From a virus (lineage: Duplodnaviria; Caudoviricetes): 64,000 nucleotides of DNA. The DNA lies in the IMG/VR virus record IMGVR_UViG_3300008113_000019, positions 1-64,000 of that record, one strand, 5' to 3'. Below, piece after piece: positions 32,648 to 44,056 of the stretch (the stretch's first letter is position 1; every line of letters begins with the position of its first letter). Both the position numbers and the translations under genes were made by a program. The notes below the pieces were generated by a model. The model worked only from the letters and a program-made list of their open reading frames with translations, was not told where the DNA came from and did not search any database.

Positions 32648-34125
32648 TAGATTTGAATCCAAATGTCGCCTTGGTTAGAGGCTGTTGGCTGCGAACCTTG
32701 AACAAAGACTTGCCCACCGTTTGTATAACCAGTAGTTACATGGCGAATAATTGGGGCGGCTGCGGCCGCAGGATCACCTTTTGATCCAGTAAAACCGGTT
32801 GTACCCTGCGGACCTTGTGGGCCTGTCGGACCAGTAGGTCCAGTAGGACCGGTAGAGCCCTGACTACCAGTAAAGCCAGTAGTACCCTGAGATCCTGTGA
32901 ATCCGATTGGTCCTTGGGCTCCTACAGATCCAGTAAAACCAGTAGTTCCCTGAGGTCCAGTTGGGCCAGTAGGACCTGTTGCACCCTGGCTACCTGTAAA
33001 TCCGATTGGACCTTGAGGACCAGTTGGTCCTGTTATTCCTTGTGGTCCAGTTGGTCCGGTAGGACCTGTTGGACCAGTTGAACCTTGGCTACCAGTAAAT
33101 CCTGTAGTTCCTTGCGGGCCGGTTGGACCAGTTGAACCTTGTGGTCCTTGAGACCCAGTAAATCCAATTGGTCCTTGCGCGCCTGTTGGGCCTTGGGCAC
33201 CTTGTGATCCAGTAAATCCGATTGGACCTTGAGGACCTGTCGGTCCTGTAGATCCGGCAACGCCTTGCGATCCAGTGAATCCAGTAGTTCCTTGAGGACC
33301 AGTCGGTCCTGTTGAACCAGTTGCGCCCTGCGATCCAGTAAAGCCTACATCACCACGAGATCCAGTAAATCCGATTGGACCTTGTGGACCTGTCGGTCCT
33401 GTTGCACCATTCGATCCATTAGTACCAGCAGATCCAGTGAAACCGATCGGCCCTTGTGATCCTTGGGCACCCTGTGATCCTGTAAATCCTGTTGGACCAG
33501 TCGGACCTGCTGTACCATTTGTACCAGCAGATCCGGTAAATCCAATTGGACCGGCGGATCCGGTAAATCCAATTGAACCTTGCGACCCTGTAAATCCTGT
33601 TGGACCAGTAGGACCGGCACCGGCCGACCATTCTGCATCTGTTCCATTTGTTTTTAGAATATATCCGATAACTGCTGCATTTTGTGCTGGTAGCAGATTG
33701 TTAAGGCCGGCCGATCTAGTCGCTGCGTTGGTACCACCTTGAGCAATATTCAAGATGCCGTTGGAAATAGAAGAAGCGTTAACGCTGAAACCGATAGCAT
33801 TTGCAACAATACCAGAACCGGCTCTTAGATTAATCGACGCCGAATTAGCAACGATAATAGAATTTGCTACAGTAATATTATTTGAATATACATCAAAAGT
33901 TCTTGTGGTATTCCCAAGAAATCTTCCATTTGCATTCGGAATCACATCACCAGAAACATTGATGTTACCATTTACCGATACCGCTGAATTAAGAGTAACT
34001 GACCCGTTAACAGTTAAAGTCTGGTTTACTGTTGCGTGTGCATTAACAGCAACATTTGCCTGAAAGAGTGAATCACCGCCTGTTACTAAGAGTCCGTTGT
34101 CTGTTTTAAATGGAGTATTTGCCAT
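32647..34125 (-). CDS. Collagen-like fibre protein (492 aa)
   Basis: N-terminal FKTDNGL, long Gly-X-Y tract, C-terminal [20 protein letters not shown]. Confidence 0.8.
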   Translation of the reverse strand: MANTPFKTDNGLLVTGGDSLFQANVAVNAHATVNQTLTVNGSVTLNSAVSVNGNINVSGDVIPNANGRFLGNTTRTFDVYSNNITVANSIIVANSASINLRAGSGIVANAIGFSVNASSISNGILNIAQGGTNAATRSAGLNNLLPAQNAAVIGYILKTNGTDAEWSAGAGPTGPTGFTGSQGSIGFTGSAGPIGFTGSAGTNGTAGPTGPTGFTGSQGAQGSQGPIGFTGSAGTNGSNGATGPTGPQGPIGFTGSRGDVGFTGSQGATGSTGPTGPQGTTGFTGSQGVAGSTGPTGPQGPIGFTGSQGAQGPTGAQGPIGFTGSQGPQGSTGPTGPQGTTGFTGSQGSTGPTGPTGPTGPQGITGPTGPQGPIGFTGSQGATGPTGPTGPQGTTGFTGSVGAQGPIGFTGSQGTTGFTGSQGSTGPTGPTGPTGPQGPQGTTGFTGSKGDPAAAAAPIIRHVTTGYTNGGQVFVQGSQPTASNQGDIWIQI

Positions 34126-34132
34126 GTCAACC

Positions 34133-36430
34133 TTACTTAATTAGATGAGCTACGACCTTCACGGCCGAGTTTGCAACAGTCTGAACGAGATAGAGATTCA
34201 CATTCGCAGTATCAGTATTTGCAGTAAATGTTCCGAGTGGAGAAGCGCCACCGTTTGAAGCAACAGTACCATACACAGTCACAAAAGCATTGAGTCCGCC
34301 GTCATGAGCAAGAACCAGTTCCGAAAGTTGTGTATTGCCATTTTTTACTTGGACTTCAAACTTCGCCGAAGAATATGTTGCTTTCGGGAATCTGTAAACA
34401 AGTACAGGACCAACAGTAGAACCAATGTCAGCATTTGCTGCCACGTCGATTACATATTCGTTTTGAAGTGTAGTAACACCGCCAACGGTAAGAGATCCAG
34501 CCAGAGATGTGGCACCGCCAACACCAAAGGTGCTAAGTACGTTAGCCGCACCGGTAACTGTAATCGTGTTCGAAAGTGTTGTCGCGCCAGTAACTGCAAG
34601 AGTATTCGCTAATGATGTTGCTCCAAGAACCGTGAGCGTGCCATCAGTTTCAATTGCAGTCGAAGTGATGAATGTATTAACAGTCGAGTTGCCAACATTG
34701 ATTCGTGTCGTCGACAGATTAACATTAGCACCAACATTCAGTGTAGTTACGTTAGCAGTTGTCGCATTCAGAAGACCTAGTGTTGATAGACCAGTTACGT
34801 TCAATGTATTTGAAAGCGTAGCTGCACCAGTTACTGCAATTGTATTCGAAAGCGTTGCAGCTCCAGTCACACCAAGAGTGCTAGAAAGGGTCGTAGCTCC
34901 AGATACACCAAGAGTATTTGAAAGCGTAGCAGCGCCGGTTACACCAAGCGTGTTTGCTAGTGATGTTGCTCCAAGAACCGTGAGCGTGCCGTCTGTTTCA
35001 ATAGCAGTGGATGTAATGAACGTATTAACCGTTGAGTTACCAACGTTAAATCTAGACGTAGTAAGATTAACGTTTGCACCAACATTCAATGCAACTGAAG
35101 CGTTTGCTGTTGTAGTATTTAGCGCACCATTCAGAGATGCCAGTCCAGTCACACTAAGAGTGTTTGACAAAGTAGCAGCACCAAGGACTGCTAGAGTTCC
35201 ATCGGTATCAATAGATGTAGCAGTAATAGACGTATTAACTGTCGAGTTGCCAACATTGATTCGTGTCGTCGACAAGTTAACATTGGCACCAACATTCACG
35301 GCCACAGAAGCATTTGCTGTTGGTGTATTTAAATTACCGGAAGCAGTAGTCAGGCCGGTGACTGAAAGCGTATTTGAGAGAGTAGTAGCACCGAGAACCG
35401 CTAGAGTTCCATCGGTGTCAATTGCTGTAGCAGTAATTGCAGTATTAACTGTTGAGTTGCCAACATTTACAGCGGTTGTTGTTAAATTGACGTTTGCTCC
35501 AACATTCACGGCCACAGAAGCATTTGCTGTCGTGGTATTTAATCCGGCTGCGGCGTTTGCAAGTCCAGATACGGTCAATGTATTCGAGAGTGTTGTCGCT
35601 CCAGTCACACCAAGAGTGCTAGAAAGAGTTGCAGCGCCTGTAACAGCAAGAGTATTTGAAAGCGTTACATTTCCTGTGACTGCAAGAGTATTCGAGAGAG
35701 TTGTTGCTCCAGTAACCGTAACTGTATTTGCAAAATTAGCATTACTTGTAACGTTAGCAGCACCAGTAACTGTAAGATAACCGGTAGGAGTAATTGCAAG
35801 GTTAGCAGTACCCGACCATGTTCCATTTCCGAATGTACTATTCAGTGTAGAGTTACCGACATATACAGAAGTAGCATTGGCATATACATTTGCACCAATA
35901 GCCATCGCAGTAGTATTACCAACAAACAGGCCGGTGCTGAAAGCAGTCGGTGTCATGTTTGCAGTTGACGTACTATTTGCAATTTGAATGCGCGTTGGGC
36001 TAATATTTGTGTTTACAACATTGTTGGATTGTGTTATAATAGCTATGCTGTTAACGACAGTATTAGCAGTACCAAGACCTAAGTGAACGCCAACTGGACT
36101 AAGGAAACTGTTCGAAGTACTGTTGCCTGCTAGCACACGAATGCCAGCATCAGCGGCGACATAAGCAGTAGCATTTGTGGTAATTACCAGGTTGGCAGAA
36201 AGACCGTTGACATTACCGCCACGAAGAGCATCTGTTACTACAAGATTATTAGCACCAAAGGTACCCCATAGTTGAGAGGTACGGCTAATTGTCGAGTTGC
36301 CAGTGTTAGCATATGTGGTATTGGCCGTGATGATTTCACGTGAAAAGGCATGCAGCAGTTCGTTAGTCTGAAGCAACCAAACTTCAAAACTATCAGTAAT
36401 AATGTCTACGTTAGCTACTTGTCTTGCCAT
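34133..36430 (-). CDS. Repetitive beta-helical/beta-spiral fibre protein (765 aa)
   Basis: 12-aa repeats ([12 protein letters not shown]) and longer [17 protein letters not shown] repeats; N-terminus [13 protein letters not shown]; C-terminal [11 protein letters not shown] domain. Confidence 0.75.
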   Translation of the reverse strand: MARQVANVDIITDSFEVWLLQTNELLHAFSREIITANTTYANTGNSTISRTSQLWGTFGANNLVVTDALRGGNVNGLSANLVITTNATAYVAADAGIRVLAGNSTSNSFLSPVGVHLGLGTANTVVNSIAIITQSNNVVNTNISPTRIQIANSTSTANMTPTAFSTGLFVGNTTAMAIGANVYANATSVYVGNSTLNSTFGNGTWSGTANLAITPTGYLTVTGAANVTSNANFANTVTVTGATTLSNTLAVTGNVTLSNTLAVTGAATLSSTLGVTGATTLSNTLTVSGLANAAAGLNTTTANASVAVNVGANVNLTTTAVNVGNSTVNTAITATAIDTDGTLAVLGATTLSNTLSVTGLTTASGNLNTPTANASVAVNVGANVNLSTTRINVGNSTVNTSITATSIDTDGTLAVLGAATLSNTLSVTGLASLNGALNTTTANASVALNVGANVNLTTSRFNVGNSTVNTFITSTAIETDGTLTVLGATSLANTLGVTGAATLSNTLGVSGATTLSSTLGVTGAATLSNTIAVTGAATLSNTLNVTGLSTLGLLNATTANVTTLNVGANVNLSTTRINVGNSTVNTFITSTAIETDGTLTVLGATSLANTLAVTGATTLSNTITVTGAANVLSTFGVGGATSLAGSLTVGGVTTLQNEYVIDVAANADIGSTVGPVLVYRFPKATYSSAKFEVQVKNGNTQLSELVLAHDGGLNAFVTVYGTVASNGGASPLGTFTANTDTANVNLYLVQTVANSAVKVVAHLIK

Positions 36431-36639
36431 TAATTATTCCTATGTACTAACTGTAGTAAAAGTTCTTTGATATCACGAAGATCGTTTTCAACTTCATCTA
36501 TTCTCTTGCACAGATTGTTGTTTCTTTTAATAGATTCTCGTGTTGCCAAGAACTTTTTATATTCTTCTTCATCGTTATTTATGATGACACCGGTATCGGT
36601 ATCTTTTACATAACCATGATGATTTGTTTTTGCTAACAT
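36430..36639 (-). CDS. Small coiled-coil protein following the VrlC-like genes
   Basis: GYVKDTDTGVIIN...RIDEVENDLRDIKELLLQL; coupled on both sides. Confidence 0.65.
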   Translation of the reverse strand: MLAKTNHHGYVKDTDTGVIINNDEEEYKKFLATRESIKRNNNLCKRIDEVENDLRDIKELLLQLVHRNN

Positions 36640-38714
36640 TATGCAGATACCCCAATTACTTGGATTTGTTCTACCTTTGGTACAGTATGTGTATTTTCAG
36701 AAAGTAGAACAACCTTAATCTGCATAGTATTGTACGTATCAAATTCTGTATATGATGAAGTAACATATCTTGCTACATTGTCATTGGCAATATTATTCCA
36801 TGCAACGTTCTTGTACTTCAGCTTTTGAACACCAACATCGCCAACAATATTAGTGTTTGATATTGGCTTGAAGAGAGTAATAGCAGTAGAGTTTGCACTC
36901 GACACTGGGAATACTTCATGATTCTCAGGTGTAAGAACACTATATACACGAACTAAATCACCAGTAGAAACAATAGAAGATTGATCAGTAGAGGTAGCAA
37001 TCGAGTTGCTGCTGAGAGTTGTCAGGAAAGTACCAGATAGAGCGGTATGAACTTCTGGATATTGTGGAAGACCGTAGGTATATTCCCACAGATCCTTTGG
37101 ATCTTCTGTACTGAATCGATCGGTGTTGTTCTTGAGTTCTAACGGTGTCCAGGCTTTATCATCGAACGCTTCCTTGTCAGCAGCGTTGTGCAGCTTTGCA
37201 TACACCTTGATTTGTGTACCGGCTGGACGATATCCTGCAAGATAGACAACTACGTCTTCTGCGTATCTGCCTTCACCAAACGAGATCTTCTTCGAGATAT
37301 ACTTTGATTTTGCAAGACCGTTGCGATCAACTTCGGTGTCGTAGTCCGTAATACTTCCACGAGTTTCTGTATAGGTATTGTTGATATCATTCTGATAGAA
37401 GAAGAAATCAAGTTCATTGGTCTTCAGATAAGGAACAGAGAATCGATTTGCTTCGGTTACGGCCACATTAAATGTAACGTTGACAACCGCAGATTTTCTT
37501 GTCGCGCCATACAGATTGATGTTATCAACTTCTAACGATCTCGAAAGAATATAAGACTCTCTAGTCGCATTATTGAACTTCAGCAATTCAAGATTATTTG
37601 TAGTGGCTGGCATTGCATTCGATGAGTTAGCAATATTGTAAACCATCGAATAATCTGAAGTGGTTGGATTACCAATCAGGAATGTTGGCTTGAAGTTATC
37701 AACCTGGAATCTATCGAGTGAAATTACATTTGCAGAAGCACCGGATCTTGCACCAATAATTCTGGTTCCGGTTGCAAACTTGACAGAACTGTTTGCAGAG
37801 GAATCTACAAGATACACTTTATTCTTTGTATAGTCTGTGAAGTATACTACACCGATCGGTGGAACCTTGAATCCGATTCCGGAAGCACTAAAGCTTGGGA
37901 ATCTATCAACAGTCATGGCAGTAGCATTAATCACATTTGTAATTGTAAGAACATCGCTCACTGTTCCGTTTGAAACAACAAGCTTGTCTTCGATATTATA
38001 TCCGGTGAGAGTTGTACCAGATCCTACAATCGTATTCGATGCAGAAGACACCGTAACAGTACCGGTGGCATTTGCAACATTCTGATAACACCATTCGCCA
38101 CCGATAAATGCTCCGGATGAAGTAGAGTCGATGGTAAAAAACTCATAGTCTTTGTTTACAAGAGGTACTGTCACAGTGTTTGAAATAAACTGCGCTACTT
38201 TGACCTTGAACTTCAGATCTTTGTTGCTGAACTTGTCATAACTATTTGAGTTAGTTGCCTTATAAAGGAAACCATCAAAACGTGATTGTGAACCTGGCGA
38301 AGCAGTATTGGTAACTCCACCCGATCCGATCAGTCTGTCGCCCTGAACATTTGTCCAAATGTCATAAGCAGGATCGTTATACTTGATTACAATCCCGTAA
38401 TATCTGTCTGTTTTGATTAAAACGGGATTTGAAAAGCCAACAACAGTCGGTGTTTGTGCATCACTGCTGATATTGACAGAATCGTAATCAATCGCCTTGA
38501 CAGAATTAACTAGCGAAAGATTTGGGTTTGGATCGCCGTTTTCTACTTCACAAATCCAAACGTTAATGCCTGGCTTTGTTGTACCACTGACATTAGCATT
38601 TTCTGCAGGCTTTGCTTTAAAGAACAGATCTACGGAAGTCAACATGATTTCAGTCGCATTTGCAACCGTATCAGGATTTACATAGAATGTTTGAATATAG
38701 TCAAATGTCGACAT
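36639..38714 (-). CDS. Virion structural protein (C-terminal VrlC-like part)
   Basis: QTFYV...LTSVDLFFKAKP, DLKFKV, SKYISKKISF, IKVYAK, FDTYNTMQIKVVL, resembling the C-terminal half of T4-like VrlC proteins. Confidence 0.6.
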   Translation of the reverse strand: MSTFDYIQTFYVNPDTVANATEIMLTSVDLFFKAKPAENANVSGTTKPGINVWICEVENGDPNPNLSLVNSVKAIDYDSVNISSDAQTPTVVGFSNPVLIKTDRYYGIVIKYNDPAYDIWTNVQGDRLIGSGGVTNTASPGSQSRFDGFLYKATNSNSYDKFSNKDLKFKVKVAQFISNTVTVPLVNKDYEFFTIDSTSSGAFIGGEWCYQNVANATGTVTVSSASNTIVGSGTTLTGYNIEDKLVVSNGTVSDVLTITNVINATAMTVDRFPSFSASGIGFKVPPIGVVYFTDYTKNKVYLVDSSANSSVKFATGTRIIGARSGASANVISLDRFQVDNFKPTFLIGNPTTSDYSMVYNIANSSNAMPATTNNLELLKFNNATRESYILSRSLEVDNINLYGATRKSAVVNVTFNVAVTEANRFSVPYLKTNELDFFFYQNDINNTYTETRGSITDYDTEVDRNGLAKSKYISKKISFGEGRYAEDVVVYLAGYRPAGTQIKVYAKLHNAADKEAFDDKAWTPLELKNNTDRFSTEDPKDLWEYTYGLPQYPEVHTALSGTFLTTLSSNSIATSTDQSSIVSTGDLVRVYSVLTPENHEVFPVSSANSTAITLFKPISNTNIVGDVGVQKLKYKNVAWNNIANDNVARYVTSSYTEFDTYNTMQIKVVLLSENTHTVPKVEQIQVIGVSA

Positions 38715-38736
38715 TAATTCCTCTTAGTCTTTTCTT

Positions 38737-38744
38737 TATTTATT
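38737..38744 (-). promoter_or_regulatory. Late promoter variant AATAAATA
   Basis: One mismatch, 23 bp upstream of 38714. Confidence 0.5.
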
Positions 38745-38745
38745 A

Positions 38746-41700
38746 TTAGTAAAGCTGCTCGTTAAGACCATTCCAGTCAATGAATCGAACATTATTTCTA
38801 TCCATTGCATCATTGATATACTGTGAAGTAAATCCAACTGGAATTTCTGTTGTAACAGTCGGCGATTCAACAGTGGAAGCCATTGTAGCAGTCTGCGAAG
38901 TATTCAGGCCAACCGGATCGGCGTAACCATATGGAAGGCTTGTGTAATACTTTAGACCAATAGAACCTGTTGTCTTCGAGTTGCCATCATATGACTGGAC
39001 GGTGAAGACCTTAATTCCAGCCTTTGCCGCAGCCAGTTTGTTTTGTTGCTCAAGATCACTGGTAGCTTCATTGATTCCAGCATCAAAGTAGAAATCAAAG
39101 GTGAGCGTACCATTTGCGTCAGTCAGAAGTCCACTTGTATTTGTTGTGGATGTTCTTGACTGCGAGCACTTCGACGTCTGATCCTCGCCGTCAAATACAA
39201 ACTTGTGATATGTATTTGGTTTTAGACCAGTGATTGCAATTGAGAACTTTTGAGCATCAGAGATATATTCTCCGGTTGGAATCGAACCAAAGAAATCGCC
39301 ATAGACATATTGTGTCGATAGAGAAATTGTAAACTCTGATGGAGAAACGTTATGTACCACACCAGTATAACCGAAATTGGCTGGATTTGGTACAATACGT
39401 GTTTCGCGAGTTACAACATCCGATGGGTAGTATAGTTTGTAACCAAAGGTTCCTGCCTTGGCACTCTGGAAGAGACCGCTGTCGAACTTGCCTTTATAGA
39501 TTCTAAACTTATAGTACTGACCATCATTTGGATTGTGTGTCCAAAGAAGCTTGAAGTGATCTTCGATCCAACCACCAACAGGACCATAAGACTTACGTTC
39601 CATAGAACCTGGGTGTTCAATCTTTCTTCCATCATTCAGGACGCTTAGACCCTTAGCCGAGATATCAGCATTTGTAAGAGGAAGAGCGGCTGCCGAAGTA
39701 TATGTGGTTACATATTCACCGCCAGGTGTCTGAGACTGGAACACTTCCAGAGCCAGGTTGTTATCGCGGCCGTTAATGTAGAACTCAACCGGTCCAGCCA
39801 GACTACTGAATGTATAGAAGAACTCTTCGTATACCGTTCCGCTATCGCTCTTCGATGTGCTACGCTGAGACTGGAGAGCAATCGAAGTGGTTTGAGTAAC
39901 AACGGTAACCTCAACAGGTCCTTCGACCGAACCATCAGTTGCATCATTTTGTGATACAATTGTGAATTCGTTGTATGGAAGCGTTACAACACCTACCGAG
40001 TTATCCTGTGGTTTGAACTCCAGATTGAGCTCAGACAGTCTTGGACCAAGTTGATCGTCCTTGATTGTAGCATAGAACTCTGGGTTTCCAAGATCAGAAT
40101 AATTGTAGTCGGTGAATGGATCAACAAAGAATCCGAAACGGAAACGGTCGGTCAGAGCATCAAGCGACGAAGGAATAAATCTTGCCTTAGCCAGCGCCTC
40201 TGCTAGAGTAAACGATACGTAGTATTCAAGATCCTTGATACGCTTCTCGAGAGAAGCAATATCCGACATCTTGTATCCCTTCACTTGGATACGTGAACGG
40301 TCTGTAGCGCTGATCAGAGTAGTGACAGAATAATTCTTTACTCTTCTTCCGAACGATTCGTTAGCAACCTTCGTATCAATGATCTTCGCCATGTCTTCTG
40401 ACAGTGACTGTGGAAGTGAAGGATACGGTGGGATGTTTAGAACCTGAAGAGTCAAGCTGTTCTGTGGTTCGGGTGGAATCTCATTCTGGAATCCATTCTT
40501 GCCGGTACGAACAACAAAGTCGCCGTTGCTATCAACAACAACACGATCCGATCTACCAAGATAGTATTCGATATTTGCTGTCAGATCAGTGTCAGGCGCG
40601 GGGAAATACTTCTCAGAAGCAGTGAAACGGTTTGCAGCACTTGGTTCTGTTGGGTTAATAATAGAAGCAGCATTTGCTCCTGCAGCAACAGAAGAGATAT
40701 CTGTGATCAAGTTGATTGTATTAGCTGAACGAGGACGGAAGTCATACTGATCACGAAGATCATAATAGATTCCGCTTGTTCCCAGGATCTCTGGGATTTC
40801 CATTGTATGGACATTAGCCGACGCAGTAAGAGCAGTAAACCCAAGGCTATCATCAATTGGATAAGAGCTGATTGTTTTTACGCTAGCGTCACCACCGGTG
40901 AAGACGTCATACTGAACAAGTAGAACGTCATTTGTCGACAGAGCAGTTGCACGTGGCTTTCTGTACAGATAAGAAGTATCTAGATAGTCTTCTTTCTGGT
41001 TTGTGTCAATATAGAAATCATTTGTGACATCCAGCACTCCATACGTGTTTCCGGTAAAGAAGATCGCGCGACCGGTGAGCGTATGGTTCTCAGATGTTCC
41101 TGTTGCGGTAAGAGTCAGATTGGCTCCACCACGAGTAGAAGCAAGAGCCATACCGCTACTATTGGCATATACAGCATAGTATGTTCCGCCGTCAGATAGT
41201 CCTGTAATTGTTGTAGCATTGTCCGCGTAAACAAGTGAGTCTCCATTAGCAAATGGATTGTTGGAAATCTGAATAAATGCGTTTGCAGTGCCGGAGTTTA
41301 AAACACCGGTATTGGCATTGAACGTCTTTGCAGTAGAAGCACCGTTGGCTTGATATACTTTTCTGAGACGGAAAGCATCAGATAGACCAAGAGCCCATGG
41401 TCCACGCACACCACCAGCATTGTTAGAGCACACGAGGCGGGTGTGAACTGAGCGGTTTGATGTTTTTACAGCCGAGCTTACATTGTTTCGCGTAGCGTTG
41501 TAGATCACCATTACGTTAGCAGATGACGAACTACCTGTTGAGTTTGCAATATTGTTTGCAAGGTAGATAGTCATGACTTGGCTATTCGAAACGCTTACGT
41601 TCGCCCAACGCGATGTCTTGTTTGTCAGCGAGATAGGAACGTTTGCTGGGAAGTACAGTGTTGCTGTACCACCAGAATATGTTGCTGTAGCATTTGCAGT

Positions 41701-44052
41701 CAGAATCATCGACGACGCACCGGTGACTTGTGCAACCTGACCGATTACAGTTGTGCCGCCTGTGCTATTTGCAAACTTGACGAAGTCCCCTGGGCTGAAT
41801 ACGTTCAGGAAGTTTGTACCACCAGCGCCGGCAACAGTAGTATTCGAATAAATTGAGATCGTTCCTGATGCTGCAGCAGAAGCCTGATAATTGGCTTTTG
41901 GAACAATAAGAAGTTCTCTCTTGGCAGTAGTGCCTAGTGCGCCGGTGTAAGGGAAGTTTTCCCCGGCGCCAAGATTCAGTTCAATGTATCCAGTCGTGTT
42001 CGCAGTTTCTGATTCATTAATTGTACGATATGTGTAAGAAATATTTGCAGCCGACTTCATTGCCGGAACCGAACTATAAAGAAGAGCGGTGCTGCCGGCA
42101 TCTTCTAGCACTGCCGTACCGGTAGCACCAAGAACGATATCTGCAATACCTCTGTTTGTTCCACCATAATAGACAGAACGCACATCACCAAAGTTCTTAC
42201 CACTGCTCATAACGATATCAAACAGATACAGTCTGTATACTGCGTTTGCAGAACCTGGTTCACCAGACTCTAGAGTGATCGAGCGAATTCGTGCTTCACC
42301 AATCTTGGTTCCGGTGGCCGTAATAGTATTACCGGCATTCGATGTAACGTAACCCGCAGCTGCACTCTGGAGATCGATTTGAGCTCCGAGGTTAAAAGCA
42401 AAGTTGCCAGCCAGTTCTTTTACGCGAACATAGTTACCATATCCAAGACGAATCTTGGCCGAACTGTTAGTTGCAGTAGCAATACCCTTGGCGACATTTG
42501 CTCTGTAGTGTTCTGTCTCTACACGAAAACCATTAATGTAAGCTTTACCTGGATCGACATTAATTTTGAAGACAGATGGTGTTTCAGAGAATGTAGAAGA
42601 ATCGCGAGTAGAAAGAATAAACTGGTCTAGAACATAGTTACCAGACTCCTCATATGTTCTCTTAGCAATCTCGTTACCGATAACATTATAGACAGTGCTC
42701 TGTGTCTGCTTATATGGACGCCCATCAGCAAATTCGATAATTGGAAGGAAGTCTGTGTTTGCGTCAGCTTCTTCTTTGTCAAGAACACGAAGTTCTGGAG
42801 TCAGCTTCAGACGGTCTGCACCAGGAGCAGCATAGTTGTATGTGCCAGTAGCGTTGTCTAGAAGAGAAGTATCTTCGTTGCTGTCAATGATGTCTTCTGC
42901 GGTGTAGAATCCAACCGACTTATCAAAGTCTGTGTTCGAGTACTTGCTTACAACAACGAGTTGTGATGAAACGCGAGAGAAGAAACCCTTCTGATAAATC
43001 GTTCCCTCATCAACTGTCACACCATAACCTGTTCCAACCGGTGTCAATGATGAGTTAGCAACAGTGACATCGGCAAGATAGTTAAGAGCAGTCACATCAA
43101 GATCAGCAATTTCAGTTGCTGAAAGTGAAGATGTAGTCTGCTTCATAACGGTTACGTGTGGAGCAACGTAGTATCCACCACCCTGGCCGGTAACAGAGAT
43201 AGAAGTAACCTTACCAAGAGCGTCTGTTACAAGCGAACCAGCTGCACCAGAACCAATGACCGCCACAACATTTGCAGTGTTTGCAGTTGTTGCGTTACGA
43301 ATGGTTTCACCTGCACCAAAACGCCACTTTGTTGTATTTGCAGTCAGAAGGTCAGCAGCAAGCGGCTTCACCTTAAGAATAAGAGCTTGAGTATTTGCTG
43401 TGGTATTTGCTTCAATAATCTGTAGGTTGGCAACACCGTTCTGAATTACTTGACCTGCTACGAATGCCGAACCAGGGAATGTTGCGCCCCCGGTTGAGTT
43501 CTGTACAGCAAGAGCCGAAACGAACACGACTCCATCATTATTACTAAATAGCGATGATCCGTTGATTACGCGTGTCTTAAAGATTGGATAAAGCGGGCTG
43601 AATACAGTGAGTGTATCGCCGGCAGCAAATGTCGAAGTATTCGAATCAGAACCTGACGAATTGTACTTGACATAGAGAGTATTAAGATCAGGTGCGCGCG
43701 ATTCGAACCCGGCAACCGTCTTGACAATATAACCGGTTACGTTCGAACTGTTACGAACGGACATACCTTCGTATGCAGTAACAGCAATTTGTGTTCCGTC
43801 AGTTTCGGTGTCTTTGATCTTGACGAATGGCAGCACTGGATGGCGAACAATGTTACAACCCTCAATGATTGTACCGCGCTTGAAAATATTGTCGCCAAAT
43901 CGTTCGATTTGATTCTGCAGAATAGTCTGTAGCTGATTTAGCTCACGCGCCTGAACGGCCACGCCCGGGCGAAAAAGAACACGATAGAAATTCTTGTTCG
44001 GGTCGTAGTCGTCGTAATATGGAAATACGTTTAGGTCTGTCTGCAGAGCCAT
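38746..44052 (-). CDS. VrlC-like/DUF4815 large virion structural protein
   Basis: DLNVFPYYDDY, FYRVLFRPGVAVQARELNQLQTILQNQIERFG, NYAAPGADRLK, RTYEESGNY, MSDIASLEKRIKDLEYY, RFRFGFFVDPF. Confidence 0.85.
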   Translation of the reverse strand: MALQTDLNVFPYYDDYDPNKNFYRVLFRPGVAVQARELNQLQTILQNQIERFGDNIFKRGTIIEGCNIVRHPVLPFVKIKDTETDGTQIAVTAYEGMSVRNSSNVTGYIVKTVAGFESRAPDLNTLYVKYNSSGSDSNTSTFAAGDTLTVFSPLYPIFKTRVINGSSLFSNNDGVVFVSALAVQNSTGGATFPGSAFVAGQVIQNGVANLQIIEANTTANTQALILKVKPLAADLLTANTTKWRFGAGETIRNATTANTANVVAVIGSGAAGSLVTDALGKVTSISVTGQGGGYYVAPHVTVMKQTTSSLSATEIADLDVTALNYLADVTVANSSLTPVGTGYGVTVDEGTIYQKGFFSRVSSQLVVVSKYSNTDFDKSVGFYTAEDIIDSNEDTSLLDNATGTYNYAAPGADRLKLTPELRVLDKEEADANTDFLPIIEFADGRPYKQTQSTVYNVIGNEIAKRTYEESGNYVLDQFILSTRDSSTFSETPSVFKINVDPGKAYINGFRVETEHYRANVAKGIATATNSSAKIRLGYGNYVRVKELAGNFAFNLGAQIDLQSAAAGYVTSNAGNTITATGTKIGEARIRSITLESGEPGSANAVYRLYLFDIVMSSGKNFGDVRSVYYGGTNRGIADIVLGATGTAVLEDAGSTALLYSSVPAMKSAANISYTYRTINESETANTTGYIELNLGAGENFPYTGALGTTAKRELLIVPKANYQASAAASGTISIYSNTTVAGAGGTNFLNVFSPGDFVKFANSTGGTTVIGQVAQVTGASSMILTANATATYSGGTATLYFPANVPISLTNKTSRWANVSVSNSQVMTIYLANNIANSTGSSSSANVMVIYNATRNNVSSAVKTSNRSVHTRLVCSNNAGGVRGPWALGLSDAFRLRKVYQANGASTAKTFNANTGVLNSGTANAFIQISNNPFANGDSLVYADNATTITGLSDGGTYYAVYANSSGMALASTRGGANLTLTATGTSENHTLTGRAIFFTGNTYGVLDVTNDFYIDTNQKEDYLDTSYLYRKPRATALSTNDVLLVQYDVFTGGDASVKTISSYPIDDSLGFTALTASANVHTMEIPEILGTSGIYYDLRDQYDFRPRSANTINLITDISSVAAGANAASIINPTEPSAANRFTASEKYFPAPDTDLTANIEYYLGRSDRVVVDSNGDFVVRTGKNGFQNEIPPEPQNSLTLQVLNIPPYPSLPQSLSEDMAKIIDTKVANESFGRRVKNYSVTTLISATDRSRIQVKGYKMSDIASLEKRIKDLEYYVSFTLAEALAKARFIPSSLDALTDRFRFGFFVDPFTDYNYSDLGNPEFYATIKDDQLGPRLSELNLEFKPQDNSVGVVTLPYNEFTIVSQNDATDGSVEGPVEVTVVTQTTSIALQSQRSTSKSDSGTVYEEFFYTFSSLAGPVEFYINGRDNNLALEVFQSQTPGGEYVTTYTSAAALPLTNADISAKGLSVLNDGRKIEHPGSMERKSYGPVGGWIEDHFKLLWTHNPNDGQYYKFRIYKGKFDSGLFQSAKAGTFGYKLYYPSDVVTRETRIVPNPANFGYTGVVHNVSPSEFTISLSTQYVYGDFFGSIPTGEYISDAQKFSIAITGLKPNTYHKFVFDGEDQTSKCSQSRTSTTNTSGLLTDANGTLTFDFYFDAGINEATSDLEQQNKLAAAKAGIKVFTVQSYDGNSKTTGSIGLKYYTSLPYGYADPVGLNTSQTATMASTVESPTVTTEIPVGFTSQYINDAMDRNNVRFIDWNGLNEQLY

Positions 44053-44056
44053 TTAT

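Noticed and set aside
34509-35780. 423-aa plus-strand ORF
   Set aside because: Antisense shadow of the repetitive 765-aa fibre gene
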